DNA of 64,000 nucleotides from the human T2T-CHM13v2.0 reference genome, Homo sapiens, in the NCBI RefSeq assembly GCF_009914755.1, contig NC_060947.1, one strand, 5' to 3'. The translations under genes were made by a program, and so were the position numbers. This document shows, in pieces, positions 1 to 18,100 of this stretch (positions within the stretch are counted from its first letter, which is position 1; every line of letters starts with the position of its first letter). Below the pieces are notes generated by a model. The model searched no databases. It saw only the letters and a list, made by a program, of their open reading frames with translations, and was not told the origin of the DNA.

Positions 1-3000
1 ACACATTGAATTCACAAAGTTGAACCTTTCTTTGGATTGAGCAGTCTTGAAACTCTCTTTTTGTGTAATCTGCAAGTGGATATTTGGAACACTTTGTGGC
101 CTCTAGTGGAAAAGGAAATATCTTCACATAAAAAATACATAGGAGCATTCTGAAAAACTTCTTGGTGAAGTGTGCATTCATCTGACAAAGTTGAATCTTT
201 CTTTTTATTGAGCAGTTTTGAAACACTCGTTTTGTAGAATCTTCCAATGGATATTGGGACCGCTTTGTGGACTGTGGTGAAAAAGGAAATATCTTCAAGT
301 AAATACTACACAGAAGCATTCTGAGAAACTTTTTCATGATGTGTGCATTCAACTCACAGAGTTGAAACTTTTTTTTCATTGAGCAGTTTTGAAACAGTGT
401 TTTTGCGGTACCTGCAAATGGATATTAGGAGAGGTTTCAGAAGTACGGTGGAAAAGGAAATATCTTCACATAAAAACAAGACAGAAGAATTCTGAATAAC
501 TTCTTAGTGATGTATGGATTGAACTCACAGAGATGAACCTTTTTTTTGATTGAGCAGTTTTGAAACACTCTTTTTGTACAACCTGCAAGTGGATATTTGG
601 AGCGCTTTGCGGCCTATGGTGCAAAAGGTAATATCTTCACATAAAAACTAGACAGAAGCATTCTGTGAGACTTCTTTGTAATGTGAGCTTTCATCTCACA
701 GAGTTCAACTTTCTTTTGATTGATTAGTTTTGAAACTCTCTTTTTGTGGAATCTACAAGGGTATATTTGGAGCGCTTTGATGCCTCTGGTGGAAATGGAA
801 ATATCTTCACATAAGAACTAGAAAGAAGCATTTTTGGAAACTTCTTTGTGATGTGTGCCTTCATCTCAGAGAGTTGAAACTTTCTTTTGATTGTACAGTT
901 TTCAAACACTCTTTGTGTAATCTGCAAGTGGATATTAGGATCGCTTTGTGGCCTATAGTGCAAAAGGAAATATCTACTCATGAAAACTAGACAGAAGCAT
1001 TTTGAGAAACTTCTTTGTGATGTGCGCATTCGTCTCACAGAGGTGAAACTTTCTTTTCATTGAGCAGTTTGGAAACACACCTTTTGAAGAGTCTGCAAGT
1101 GGATATTTGGAGCGATTTGAGGCCTTCGGTGGAAAAGGAAATATCTTCAAATGAGTACTAAACAGAAGCATTCGGAGAAACTTCTTTGTGATGTGTGCAT
1201 TCATCCCACAGCCTTGAACCTTTCTTTTGATTCACCAGTTTTGTAAAACTCTTTCTGTAGAATCGGCAAGTAGATATTTCGAGCCCTTTGAGGCCTGCGG
1301 TGGAAAAGGAATTTTCTTCTCATAAATACTACATAGAAGGATTCTGAGAAACTTCTTTTTGATGTGTGCATTCATCTCACACAGTTTAAACTTTCTTTTG
1401 ATCGAGCAGTTTTGAAACGCTCTTTTTGTAGGATCTGCAAGTGGACATATGGAGCGCTTTGAGTACTGTGGTGGAAAAGGAAATATCTACACATCAAAAC
1501 TATACAGAAGCATTCTGAGAAACTTCTTTGTGATGTGTGCATTCAACTCACAAAGTTGAACCTTTCCTTTATTGAGCAGTTTTGAAACAGCCTTTTGTAC
1601 ATTCTGCAAGTGGATATTTGGAGCACTTTGCGGCCTCTAGCGGAAAAGGAAATATCTTCACATAAAAAATAGATAGAAGCATTCTGAGAAACTTCTTTGA
1701 GATGTGTGAATTCAGCTCACAGAGTAGAAAGTTTCCTTTGATTGAGCAGTTTTGAAACACTGGTTTTGTAGAATCTGCCAGTGGATATTTGGACGACTTT
1801 GAGGCCTGTGGTGGAAAAAGAAGTATCTTCAATTAAAAACTACACAGAAGCATTCTGAGAAACTTCTTTGTGATGAGTGCATTCAACTCACAGAGTTGAA
1901 ATTGTCTTTTTATTGAGCAATTTGGAAACAGTGTTTTTGTGGTACTTGCAAACGGATATTAGGAGAGGTTTCAGACCAACGGTGGAAAAGGAAATATCTT
2001 TACATAAAAACAAGAAAGAGGCATTCTGAGAAACTTCTTTGTGATCTATGGATTGTACTCACAGAGCTGAACCTTTCCTTTGATTGAGCACATTTGAAAC
2101 ACTCTTTTTGTAGAATCTGCAATGGATGATGGGAGCTGATTGCAGCCTAAAGTCCAAAAGGGAATATCTTCGCATAAAAAAAGACAGAAGCATTCTGAGA
2201 AACTTCTTTGTGATGTGTGCATTCGTTTCACAGAGTTGAACCTTTCTCTTGATAGAGAAGTTTGGAAACACTCTTTTTGTAGAATCTGCAAGTGGATATT
2301 TTGAGTGCTTTGAGGCCTATGGTGGAGAAGGAAATATCTTCACATAAAAACTACACAGAAGCATTCTGAGAAACTTCTTAGTGATGTTTGCATTCATCAC
2401 ACAGAGTTGAACATTTCTTTTCATTGAGCAGCTATGAAACACTCTTTTTCGAGAATCTGCAAGTGGACGTTTGGAGGGCTTTGAGGCCTGTGGTGGAAAA
2501 GGAAATATCTTCACATAAAAAATAGACAGAAGCATTCTGAGAAACTTCTTTGTGATGTGTGCATTCTTCTCAAAGAGCTGAATCTTTCTTTTCATTGAGC
2601 AGTTTGCAACACACTTTTGTAGAATCTGCAAGTGGATATTTGGAGTGCTTTGAGGCCTGTGGTGGAAAAAGAAATATCATCACGTAAAAATCAGACCGAA
2701 GCATTCTGAGAAACTCCTTTGTGATGTGTGCATTTATCTCACAGAGTTGAATGTTTCTTTTCATTGAGCAGTTTGAAACACATTTTTTTGTAGAATCTGC
2801 AAGTGGATATTTGGAGCGCTTGAGGTCTATGGTGGAAAAGGAAATATATTCACATAAAAACTACACCTGAAGCATTCTGAGAAACTTCTTTGTGATGTGT
2901 ACGTTCAACCCAGAGTTGAACCTTTCTTTTAATTGAGCAGTTTTGAATCACTCTTTTTGTAGAATCTGCAAGTGTATATTTACAGCGATATGAGGCCTAC

Positions 3001-6000
3001 AGTGGAAAAGGAAATATCTTCAAATAAAAGCTAGAAAGAAGAATTCGGAGAAACTAATTCTTGATGTGTGCACTCATCTCAAAGTGTTGAACTTTTCTTT
3101 TGATTAAGCAGTTTTGAAACACTTTTTTTGTAGAATCTACAAGTGGACAATAGGAGCGCTTTGCAGCCTATAATGCAAAAGGATATATCTTCACATAAAA
3201 TCTAGACAGAAGCATTCTGAGAAACTTCTCTGTGATGAGTGCATTCATCTCACAGAGTTGAACATTTCTTTTGATTGAGCAGTTTTGAAAAACTCCTTTT
3301 ACTGAATTTGCAAGTGGATATTTGGAGCGCTTTGAGGCCTGTGGTGGAAAAGGAAATATCTTCAAATAAAAACTAGACAGAAGCATTCTGAGAAACTTGT
3401 TTGTGATGTGTGTATTCATCTCACTGTGTTGAAACTTTCTTTTGACTCAGCAGTTTTGAAACACTCTTTTGGAAGAATCTGCAAGTGGATATTTAGAGAG
3501 ATTTGAGGCCTGCGTTGGAAAATTAATTGCCTTCTCATAAATACTACATAGAATGATTTTGAGAAACTTCTTTGTGATGTGTGCATTCATCTCACAGAGT
3601 TGAACCTTTCTTTTGACTGAGCAGTTTTGAAACACTCTTTTTGTAGAATCTGGAAGTGGAAATATGGAGCGCTTTGTGTCCTATGGTGGAAAAGGAAATA
3701 TCTAGACATAAAAACTAGACAGAAGAATTCTGAGAAACTTCTTTGTGATGTGTGCATTCAATTCACAGAGTTGAACCTGTCCTTTATTGAGCAGTTATGA
3801 AACACTATTTTTGTGGAATCTACAAGTGGATATTTGCAGCGCTTTGCTGCGTCTAGTGGAAAAGGACATATCTTCACATAAAAAATGGATAGAAGCATTC
3901 TTAGAAACTTCTTTTTGATGTGTGCATTCAACTCACAGTGTTGAACCTATCTTTTCATTGAACAGTTTTGAAACACTCTTTGTAGAATCTGCCTTTGGAT
4001 ATTTGAACCACCTTGAGGCCAGTGCTTGAAAAGGAAATACCTTCAATTAAAATTTACACAGAAGCATTCTGAGAAACTTCTTTGTGATGTGTGCATTCAA
4101 CTCACAGAGTTGAAATTTTCTTTTTATTGAGCAGTTTAGAAGCAGTGTTTTTGTGATACCTGCAAATGGATGTTAGGAGACGTTTCAGACCTATGGTGGA
4201 AAAGGAAATATTTTCACATAAAAACAAGACAGAAGCATTCTGAGCAACTTCTTTGTTATGTATGGATTGAACTCACAGAGTTGAACCTTGCTATTGATTG
4301 ATTGAGCACTTTTGAAACACTCTTTTTGTAGAATCTGCAATGGATGTTAGGAGCGGTTTGTGGCCTATAGTGCAAAAGGAAATATCTTCACATAAAAACT
4401 AGACAGAAGCATTCTGAGAAACTTCTTTGTGTTGCTTGCATTTGTATTACAGAGTTGAACCTTTCTTTTGATTGAGCAGTTTGGAAACACTCTTTTTGTT
4501 GAATCTGAAAGTGGATATTTGGAGCGCTTTGAGGCCTATGGTGGAAAAGGAAATATCTTCGCATAAAAACTACACAGAAGCATTCTGAGAAACTTCTTTT
4601 TGATGTGTGCATTCATCTCACAGAGTTGAATATTTCTTTTGAGAGAGCAATTTTGAAACACTCTTTTTGTAGAATGTGCAGTTGGATATTTGGAGCCCTT
4701 TGCGGCATATGGTGGAAAAGGATATATCTTCACATAAAAACTAGGCAGAATCATTCTGAGAAACTTCTTTTTCATTTGTGCATTCAGCTGAGGGAGCTGA
4801 ACGTTTCTTGTGATTGAACAGTCTGGAAAGAGTCTTTTTTTAGTGTCTGCAAATGGATATTTGCAGAGGTTTGAGGCCTATGGTACAAAAGGAAATATCT
4901 TCACATAAAAACTACACAGAAGCATTCTAAAAAAACTTCTTAGTGTTGTGTGTGTTCAACTCACAGAGTTGAAACTGTCTTTTGATTGAGCAGTTTTGAA
5001 ACACTCTTTTCATAGAATCTACAGGTGGATATTTAGAGCTCTTTGGGTCCTATGGTGGAAAAGGAAATATCTTCACATAAAAACTAGACAGAGGCATTCT
5101 GAGAAACTTCTTTGTGATGTCCGCATTCAACTCACAGAGTTGGAACTTATTCTGATTGAGCAGGTTTGAAACACAGTTTTTGAAGAATCTGCCATTGGAT
5201 ATTTGGAGGTCTTTGGGGCCTGTGGTGGAAAAGGAAATATCTTCCCATAAAAACTACGCAGAAGCATTCTGAAAAATTCTTTGTGATGTGTGAATTTAAC
5301 TCACAGAGTTGAAACTCTCCTTTTATTGAGGAGTTTGGAAACAGCGTATTTGTGGTAACTACAAATGGCTATTAGGAGAGGTTTCAGACCTATGGTGGAA
5401 AAGGAAATATCTTCACCAAAAAAACCGGACTTCTTTGTGATGTATGGATTGAACTCACAGAGGTGAAACTTTCTGTTTATTGAGCAGTTTTGAAACACTC
5501 TTTTGTAGAATCTGCAAGTGGATATTTGGAGCGCTTTGAGGCCTATGGTGGCAAAGGAAATATCTTCAGAATAAAAACTAGACAGAAGCATTCTGAGAAA
5601 CTTGTTTGTGATGTGTGCTTTCAACTCACAGAATTGAAACTTCCTTTTGATTGAGCAGTTTTGAAATACTCCTTTTTTAGAATCTGCAAGTGGATATTTG
5701 GAGCACTTTGTGGCCTATGGTGGAAAAGGAAATATCTTCAGAATAAAAACTAGGCAGAATCATTCTGGGAAACTTCTTTGTGATGTGTGCATTCAACTCA
5801 CAAAGTTGAAACTTGCTTTTGATTGAGCAGTTTTGTCACCCTCTTTTTGTGCAATCTGCAAGTACATATTTTGATCGCTTTGAGGCCTATTCTGTAAAAG
5901 AAAATATCTTCACATAAAAACCACACAGAAGCATTCTGAGAAACTTCCTCATGATGTGTGCGTTCATCTCACAGAGTTGAAACTTTCTTTTGCTTGAGCA

Positions 6001-8550
6001 GTTTTGAAACACTGTTTTTGTAGGAATTTGAAAGTGCATATTTGGAGCGCTTTGAGGCCTATGGTGGAAAAGGAAATATCTTCACAAAAAAACTAGACAG
6101 AAGCATTCTGATAAACTTCTTTGTGTTGTGAGCATTCATTGCACAGAGTTGAACCTTTCTTTTGATTGAGAAGTTTGGAAAGAGTGTTTTTGTGTTATCT
6201 GCAAATGGATATTTGTAGAGGTTTGAGGCCTATGGTGGAAAAGGAAATATCTTCACATAAAAACTAGACAGAAGCATTCTCAGAAACTTCTTTGTGATGT
6301 ATGCCTTGAAATCACAGAGTTGAACCTTTTTTCTGGTTCATCATTTTTGAAATCCTCTTTTTGTAGAATCTGAAAGTGGATTTTGGTAGCGCTTTGTGGC
6401 CTATAGTGGGAAAGGAAATATCTTCACATAAAAACCAGAGAGAAGCATTCTGAGAAACTTCTTTGAGATGTGTGCATTCATCTCACAGAGTTGAACATTT
6501 GTTTTGATTGAGCAGTTTGGAGACACTCTTTTTGTAGAATTTGCAAGTAAATATTTGGAGCGATTTGAGGCCTAAAGTGGAAAAGGAAATAAGTTTAAAT
6601 AAAAACTAGACAGAAGCATTCTGAGAAACTTCTTTGTGATGTGTGCATTCATCTCACACAGTTGAACCTTTCTTTTATTTTAGCAGTTTTGAAACACTCT
6701 TTTTGTAGAATCTTTAAGTGCATATTTGGAAGGCTTTGAGGACAACTGTGGAAAAGGGAATATCTTCACATAAAAATTACATAGAAGCATTCTGAGAAAA
6801 TTCTTGTGATGTGTGCATTCATCTCACAGAGTTGAACATTTCTTTTGATAGAGCAGTTTTAAAACACTGTTTTTGTAGGACCTGTAAGTGGATATTTGGA
6901 GCCATTTGATGTCTATGGTGGAAAAGGAAATATCTTCAAATAAAAACTAGACGGAAGCATTCTGAGAAACATCTTTCTGCTGTGTGCATTCATCTCTCAG
7001 AGTTGAAAATTTCTTTTGATTCAGCACCTTTGAAACACTCTTTTTGTAGAATCTGCAAGTGGATATTTGGAGCGCTTTGAAGTCTACCATGGAAAAGTAA
7101 ATATCTTGACAAAAAAACTACACACAAGCATTCTGAGAAACTACTTTGTGATATCTGCATTCATCTCACAGAGTTGAACATTTCTTTTCATTGAACCATT
7201 TTGAAGCACTCTGTTTGGAGAATCTGTAAGTGGATATTTGGAGCGCCTTTTGGCGTGTGGTGGAAAAGGAAATATCTTCACATAAAAACTACACAGAAGC
7301 ATTCTGAGAAACTTGTTTGTGTTGTGTGCATTCAACTCACAGAGTTGAACCTTTCTTTTGATTGAACAGTTTCGAAAAAGTGCTTTTGTAGTACCTACAA
7401 AGAGGTATTTGAGAGGTTTGAGGCCTATGGTTGAGTAGGAAATACCTTCACATAAAAACTAGGCAGAAACATTCTCAGAAACCACTTTGTGATGTATGCA
7501 TTGAATTCTCACAGTTGAACCTTTCTTTTATTTGAGCAGTTTTGAAACACTCTTTTTGTAAAATCTGCAAGTGGACATTTGGAGCGCTTCACGGCCTATA
7601 GTGGAAAGAGAAATATCTTCACCTAAAAACTACACAGAAACATTCTGAGAAACTTCTTTGTGATGTGTGCATTCACCACCCAGAGTTGATCCTTTCTTTT
7701 GATTGAGAGTTTTCAAACACTCCTTTTGTAGAATCTGCAAGTGGATATATGCAGCATTCAGAGGCCTATGGTGGAATAGGAGATATCTTCATATAAAAAA
7801 TAGACAGAAGCATTGTGAGAAACTTCTTTGTGATGTGTGCATTCAACTCAAAGAGTTGAACCTTTCTTTTGATGTAGCAGTATTGGAACACTCTTTTTGT
7901 AGAATCTGCAAGTGGATATTTGGAGCGATTTGAGGCCTATGGTGGATAAGGCAATATCTTCACATAAAAACTAGACAGAAGCATTCTGAGAAACTTCTTT
8001 GTGATGTCTGCATTCAACTCACAGAGTTGAACCTTTCTTTTAATTGAGTAGTTTGGAAACAGTATTTTTGTAGTGTCTGCAAATGTATATTTAGAGCGGT
8101 TTTAGGCCTATTTTGGAAAAGCAAATACCTTCACATAAAAACTAGACAGAAAGTTTCTGAGAATCTGCTTTGTGATGGGTACATTCATCTCACAGTGTTG
8201 AACCTTTCTTTTAATTGAGAAGTATGGAATCAGTCTTTTTGTAGTATCAGCAAAAGGATATTTGGAGCAATTTGGGGCCTATGTTGGAAAAGGAAATATC
8301 TTCTCATAAAAACTAGACAGAAGCATTCTGAGAAACTTTTTTGTGATGTGTGCATTCATCTCCCAGAGTTGAAACTTTCTTTTGATTGAGAAATTTTGAA
8401 ACAGTCTTTTTGTAGTATCTACAAATGGATATTTGGAGCTCTCGGAGGCCTACTGTGAAAAGGAAATATCTTCACATAAGAACTAGACAGAAGCATTTTG
8501 AGAAACTTCTTTGTGATGTGTGCATTCATCTCACAGAGTTGAACCTTTCT
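1..8550 (+). repeat. Monomeric alpha-satellite, 171-bp stratum (A-type monomers, SF4/SF6-like), part 1
   Basis: Tandem monomers of type ...gaagcattctgagaaacttctttgtgatgtgtgcattca...gcaagtggatatttggagcgctttgaggcctatggtggaaaaggaaatatc. Measured period is 171 (gaatctgc at 2282 and 2453). Neighbouring monomers are visibly diverged and no CENP-B box was seen. The suprachromosomal family label is inference. Confidence 0.97.
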
Positions 8551-12180
<3,630 letters not shown>

Positions 12181-15100
12181 TTGAGCAGTTTGGAATCTGT
12201 CTTTTTGTATTATCTGCAAATGGATATTTGGAGGACTTTGAGGCCTATAGTGGAAAAGGAAATATCTTCACTAAAAAACAAGACAGAAGCATTATGAGAA
12301 ACTTCTTTTTGAAGCTTGAGTTCATCTCACAGAGTTGAAACTTTCTTTTGATTGAACAGTTTTAAAACACTCTTTTTGTAGCATCTACAACGGATATTTG
12401 GAGCACTTTGAGGTCTATGATGGAAAAGGATATATCTTCACATAATAACTAGACAGAAGCATTCTCAGAAACTTCTTTGAGATGTGTGCATTTAACTCAC
12501 AGAGCTGAACCTTTCTTTTGATTGAGTGGTTTGGAAACAGTCTTTTTGAAATATCTGCAAATGGATACTTGGAAGTCTTTGAGGTCTATGGTGGAAAAGG
12601 AAATATTTTCACGTAAAAACTAGACAGAAGCATTCTGAGAAATGCCTTTGTGATATGTGCATTCATCTCACAGAGTTGAAGCTTTCTTTTGAGAGCGCAG
12701 TTTTGAAACACTCTGTTTGTAGAATCTGCAAGTGGATATTTGGAGCGTTTTGAGGTCTATGGTGGAAAAGGAAATATCTTCACATAAAAACTAGACAGAA
12801 GCATTCTGAGAAACTATTTTCTGATATGTACATTCATCTCACACACTTGAACATTTCTTTTCATTGACAAGTTTGGAAACAGTCTTTTTGTAGTATCTGC
12901 AAATGGATATTTGCTTTGAAGCCTATGGTGGAAAAGGAAATATTTTCACATAAAAACTAGAGAGAAGCATTCTGAGAAACTTCTTTGTGATGTGTGCATT
13001 CATCTCACAAAGTTGAACCTTTCTTTTGATTGAGCAGTTCGGAAACAGTCTTTCTGTAGTACCTGTATGGAGTGCTTTGAGGCCTACGTTGGAAAAGGAA
13101 ATATCTTCCCATAAAAACTAGATAGAAGCATTCTGAGAAACTTCTTTGTGATGTGTGCATTGAACTCACAGAGTTGAACCTTCTTTTGATTGAGCACTTT
13201 GGAAACAGTCTTTTTGTATTATCATCAAATGGATATTTGGAGCGCTTTTAGGACTATAGTGGAAAAGGAAATATCTTCACATAAAAACTATACAGAAGCA
13301 TTCTGAGAAACTTGTTTGTGAGTTGTGCATTCATCTCACAGAGTTGAAACTTTCTTTTGATTGAACACTTTTGAAATACTCTTTTTGTAGAATCTGCAAA
13401 TGGATATTTGGAGCGCTTTGAAGCCTATGGTGGAAAAGGAAATATCTTCACATATAAACTAGACAGAAGCATTCTCAGAAACTTCTTTGTGATCTGTGCA
13501 TTCAACTCACGGAGTTGAACTTTTCTTTTGATAGAGCAGTTTTGAAACAGTCTTTTTGCAGTATCTGCAAATGGATATTTGTAGCGCTTTGAGGCCTATG
13601 GTGGAAAAAGAATATCTTCACATAAAAACTAGACAGAAGCATTCTGACAAACTTCTTTGTCATGTGTGCATGCATCTCACAGAGTTGAAGCCTTCTTTTG
13701 ATTGAGCATTGTTGAAAGACACTTTTCATAGTCTCTGCAAATGGATATTTGGAGTGCTTTGAGGCCTATGGTGGAAAAGGAAATATCTTCTCATAAATAC
13801 TACATAGAATGATTTTGAGAAACTTCTTTGTGATGTGTGCATTCATATCACAGACTTGAACCTTTCTTTTGATTGAGCAGTTTTGAAACACTCTTTTTGT
13901 AGAATCTGCAAGTTGATATTTGGAGTGCTTTGCGGCTTATAGTGTTAAAGGATATACCTAATGCTAGATGATGAGTTAGTGGGTGCAGCGCACCAGCATG
14001 GCACATGTATACATATTTAACTAACCTGCACAATGTGCACATGTACCCTAAAACTTAAAGTATAATAATTAAAAAAAAGAAAAAAAAGAAAATATCTTCA
14101 CATAAAAACTAGAAGGAAGCATTCTGAGAAACACGTTTGTGATGCATGCTTTTATCTGACAGTGTTGAACCTTTCTTTTGATTGAGTAGTTTTGAAACAC
14201 TCTTTCTGTAGAATCTGCAAGTGGATATTTGGAGCTCTTTGAGGCCTTTGGGGGAAAAGGTGATATCCTCATATAAAAACTAGACAGAAGCATTCTGAGA
14301 AACTTCCTTGTGATGTGTGCATTCATCTCACAGAGTTGAAACTTTTGACTAAGCAGTTTTGAAACAGTCTTTTTGTAAATTTTGCAAGTGGACATTTTGT
14401 GCGCTTTGAGGCCTATGGTGGAAAAGGAAACATCTTCACATAAAAATTAGGCAGAAGTATTTGGAGAAACTTCTTTGGGATATGTGCACTCAACTCTCAG
14501 ATTTGAACCTTTCTTTTGATTGAGCAGTGTGGAAACAGTCTCTTTATAGTATCTTCAAATTAATATTTGGAGTGATTTGAATCCTATTGCGGAAAAGGAA
14601 ATATCTTCACATAAAAACCAGACAGAAGCATTCTGAGAAACTTCTTTGTGATGTGTGTATTCATCTCACAGAGCTGAGCCTTTCTTTTGATTTAGCAGTT
14701 TTGAAAAACTCTTTCTGTGGAATCTGCAAGTGGATACTTGGAGGGCTTTGAGACCAATGTTGGAAAGGAAAATATCTTCAATAAAAAACTAGACAGAAGC
14801 ATTCTGAGAAACATCTTTGTGTTGAGTGCATTCACCTCACAGAGATGAACCTTTCTTTTGATTGAGCAGTTTGGAAACACACTTTTTGTGCAATCTGCAA
14901 GTGGATATTTGGAGCGCTATGCAGCCTATAGTGGAAAAGAAAACATCTTCACATAAAAACTAGACAGAAGCATTCTGAGAAATTTCTTTGTGATGTGTGC
15001 ATTCAATGCAAAGAGTTGAACCTTTCTTTTGATTGAGCAGTTTGGAACCAGTCTTTTTGTAGTATCTGAAAATGGATAGTTGGAGTGCTTTTTGGCCTAT

Positions 15101-18100
15101 GGTGGAAAAGGAAATATCTTCACATAAAAACTAGACAGAAGAATTTTGATGAACTTCTTTGTGATGTGTGCATTCATCTCACAGAGTTTAACATTTCTTT
15201 TGATTGAGCAGTTTTGAAACACTCTTTTTGCATAATCTTTAAGTGGATATTTGGAGCGCTTTGAAGCCTACGGTGGAAAAGGAAATATCTTCACATAAAA
15301 CCTAGACAGAACCATTCTGAGAAACATATTTGTGATATGTGCATTAATCTCACAGAGTTGAACATTTCTTTTGATTGAGCAGTTTTGAAACTCTCTTTTC
15401 GTGGAATGTACAAGAGGATATTTGGAGCACTTTGAGGCTTATGGTGGAAAGGAAATATCTTCACAAAGAAACTAGACAGAAGCATTCTGAGAAAAATCTT
15501 TGTGATGTTTGCATTCAACTCACAGAGTTGAAACTTACTTTGACTGAGCAGTTTGGAAACAGGCCTTTTATACTATCTGCAGGTGGATATTTCGAGCACC
15601 TTCAGGGCCGTAATGGAAAAGGAAATATCTTCACATAAAAACTAGAAAGAAGCATTCTGAGAAACTTTTTTGTGATGTGTGCATTCAACTCACAGAGTTG
15701 AAACTTTTTCTTTGGATTCAGCAGTTTTGAAACACTCTTTTCATAGAATCTGCAAGTGGATATTTGGAGAGCTTTGGGGCTTATACTGGAAAAGGAAATA
15801 TCTTCACATAAAAAGTAGACAGAAGCATTATGAGAAACTTCTTTGTGATGTGTGCATTTGACACAGAATTGAACATTTCTTTTGAGCATTTTGGAAACTA
15901 TTTTTGTTGTACCTGCAAATGGATATTTGGTGTGCTTAGAGGACTCTGGTGGAAAATTAAATATCTTCAAATAAAAACTAAACGGAAGCATTCTGAGAAA
16001 CTTCTTTGTGATGTTTGCATTCAACTCATATAGTTGAACCTTTCCTTTGAGCATTTTTGAAACACTGTTTTTGGAGAATCTGCAATTGGATATTTGGACC
16101 GCTTTGAGGACTATAATGGAAGTGGATATATCTTCAAATAAAAACTACTCAGAAGCATTCTGAGCAACTACTTTGAGAGGTGTGCATTCATCCCTCCAGG
16201 TTGAAACTTTCTTTTGATTGAGCAGATTTAAAACACTGTTTTTGTAGTATATTCCAGTGGATATTTGGAGGGCTTTGAAGCCTATAGTGGAATAGGAAAT
16301 ATCTTCACATACAAACTAGACAGAAGCATTCTGAGAAACTTCTTTCTGATGTGTGCATTCATGTCAGAGAGTTGAAATGTTCCTTTGATTGAGCATTTTG
16401 GAAAAAGTCTTTTTATAGTATCTGCAAATGGATATTTTGTGTGCTTTGAGGCCAATAGTGGAAAATTAAATATCTTCATATAAAAAGTATACAGAAGCAT
16501 TCTGTGAAACTTCTTTGTGATGTGTACATTCATGTCACAGAGTTGAACCTTTCTTTCGATTTAGCAGTTTTGAAACATTCTTTTTGTAGAATCTGCAAGT
16601 GGATATTTGGAGCGATTTGCGACCCATAGTGGAAAAGGAAATATCTTCACATAATAATTAGACAGAAGCATTCAGAGAAACTTGTTTGTGATGTGTGCAT
16701 TCGTCTCACAGTGTTGAAACTTTCTTTTGATTGAGCAGTTTTGAAACACTCTTTTTGTAGAATCTGCAAAAGGATATTTGGAACACTTTGAGGTCTGGGG
16801 TGGAAAAGGTAATATCTTCACATAAAAACTAGACAGAAGAATTCTGAGAAACTTCCTTGTGATGTGTTCATTCAACTCACAGAGTTTAAACTTTCTTTTG
16901 ATTGAGCATTTTGGAAACAGTCTTTTTGTAGTATCTGCAAACGGATATTTGGAGCGCTTTGAGACCTATGGTGGAAAAGGAAATATCTTCACCTAAAAAC
17001 GAGACAGAATTATTCTGGGAAACAACTTTGTGATGTGTGCATTCATCTCAACGAGTTGAACATTTCTTTTGATTGAGCAGTTTGGAAACAGTCTTTTTGT
17101 AGTATCTGCAAATGGATATTTGGAGCGATATGAGGCCTACAGTGGAACAGGAAATATGTTCATATAAAAACTAGACAGAAGCATTCTGAGAAACATCCTT
17201 ATGATGTGTGCATTCGTCTCACAGAGCTGAAAGTTTCTTTTGATTGAGCAATTGTGAAACACTGTTTTTGTAGAATCTGCAAGCGGATACTTGGAGCGCT
17301 TCATGCCCTATAGTGCAAAAGGAAATATCTTCACATAAAAACTGGACAGAAGTATTCAGAGGAACTTCTTTGTAATGTGTGCATTCATCTAATAGAGTTG
17401 AACCTTTCTTTTGATTGAGCAGTTTTGAGACACTCTTACAGTAGAATCTGCAATTGGATATTTGGAGCGATTTGAGGCCTATGGTGGAAAAGGAAATATC
17501 ATCACATAAAAACTAGACAGAACCATTCTGAGAAACTTCTTTGTGATGTGTGCATTCAATGCAAAGAGTTGAACCTTTCTTTTTATTGAGCAGTTTGGAA
17601 CCAGTCTTTTTGTAGTATCTGAAAATGGATAGTATGAGTGCTTAGAGGCCTACGATGGAAAAGGAAATATCTTCACAAAAAAACTTGAGTGAAGCATTCT
17701 GAGAAACTTCTGTGCAATGTGTGCATTCATCTCACAGAGATGAACCTTTCTTTTGATTGAGCATTTTGGAAATAGTCTTTTTGTAGTATCGGCAAATGGA
17801 TATTTTTAGCGCTTTAAGGCCTATGGTGGAAAAGAAATATCTTCACATAAAAACTAGACAGAAGAATTTTGAGAAACTTCTTTATGATGTGTTCATTCAA
17901 CTCATGGAGTTTAAACTTTCTTTTGATTGAGCATTTTGGAAACAGTCTTTTTGTAGTATCTCCAAATGGATATTTGGAGTGCTTTGAGCCATATGGTGGG
18001 AAAGATATATCTTCACATAAAAACGAGACAGAATTATTCTGGGAAACAACTTTGTGATGTGTGCATTCATCTCACCGAGATGAACATTTCTTATGATTGA

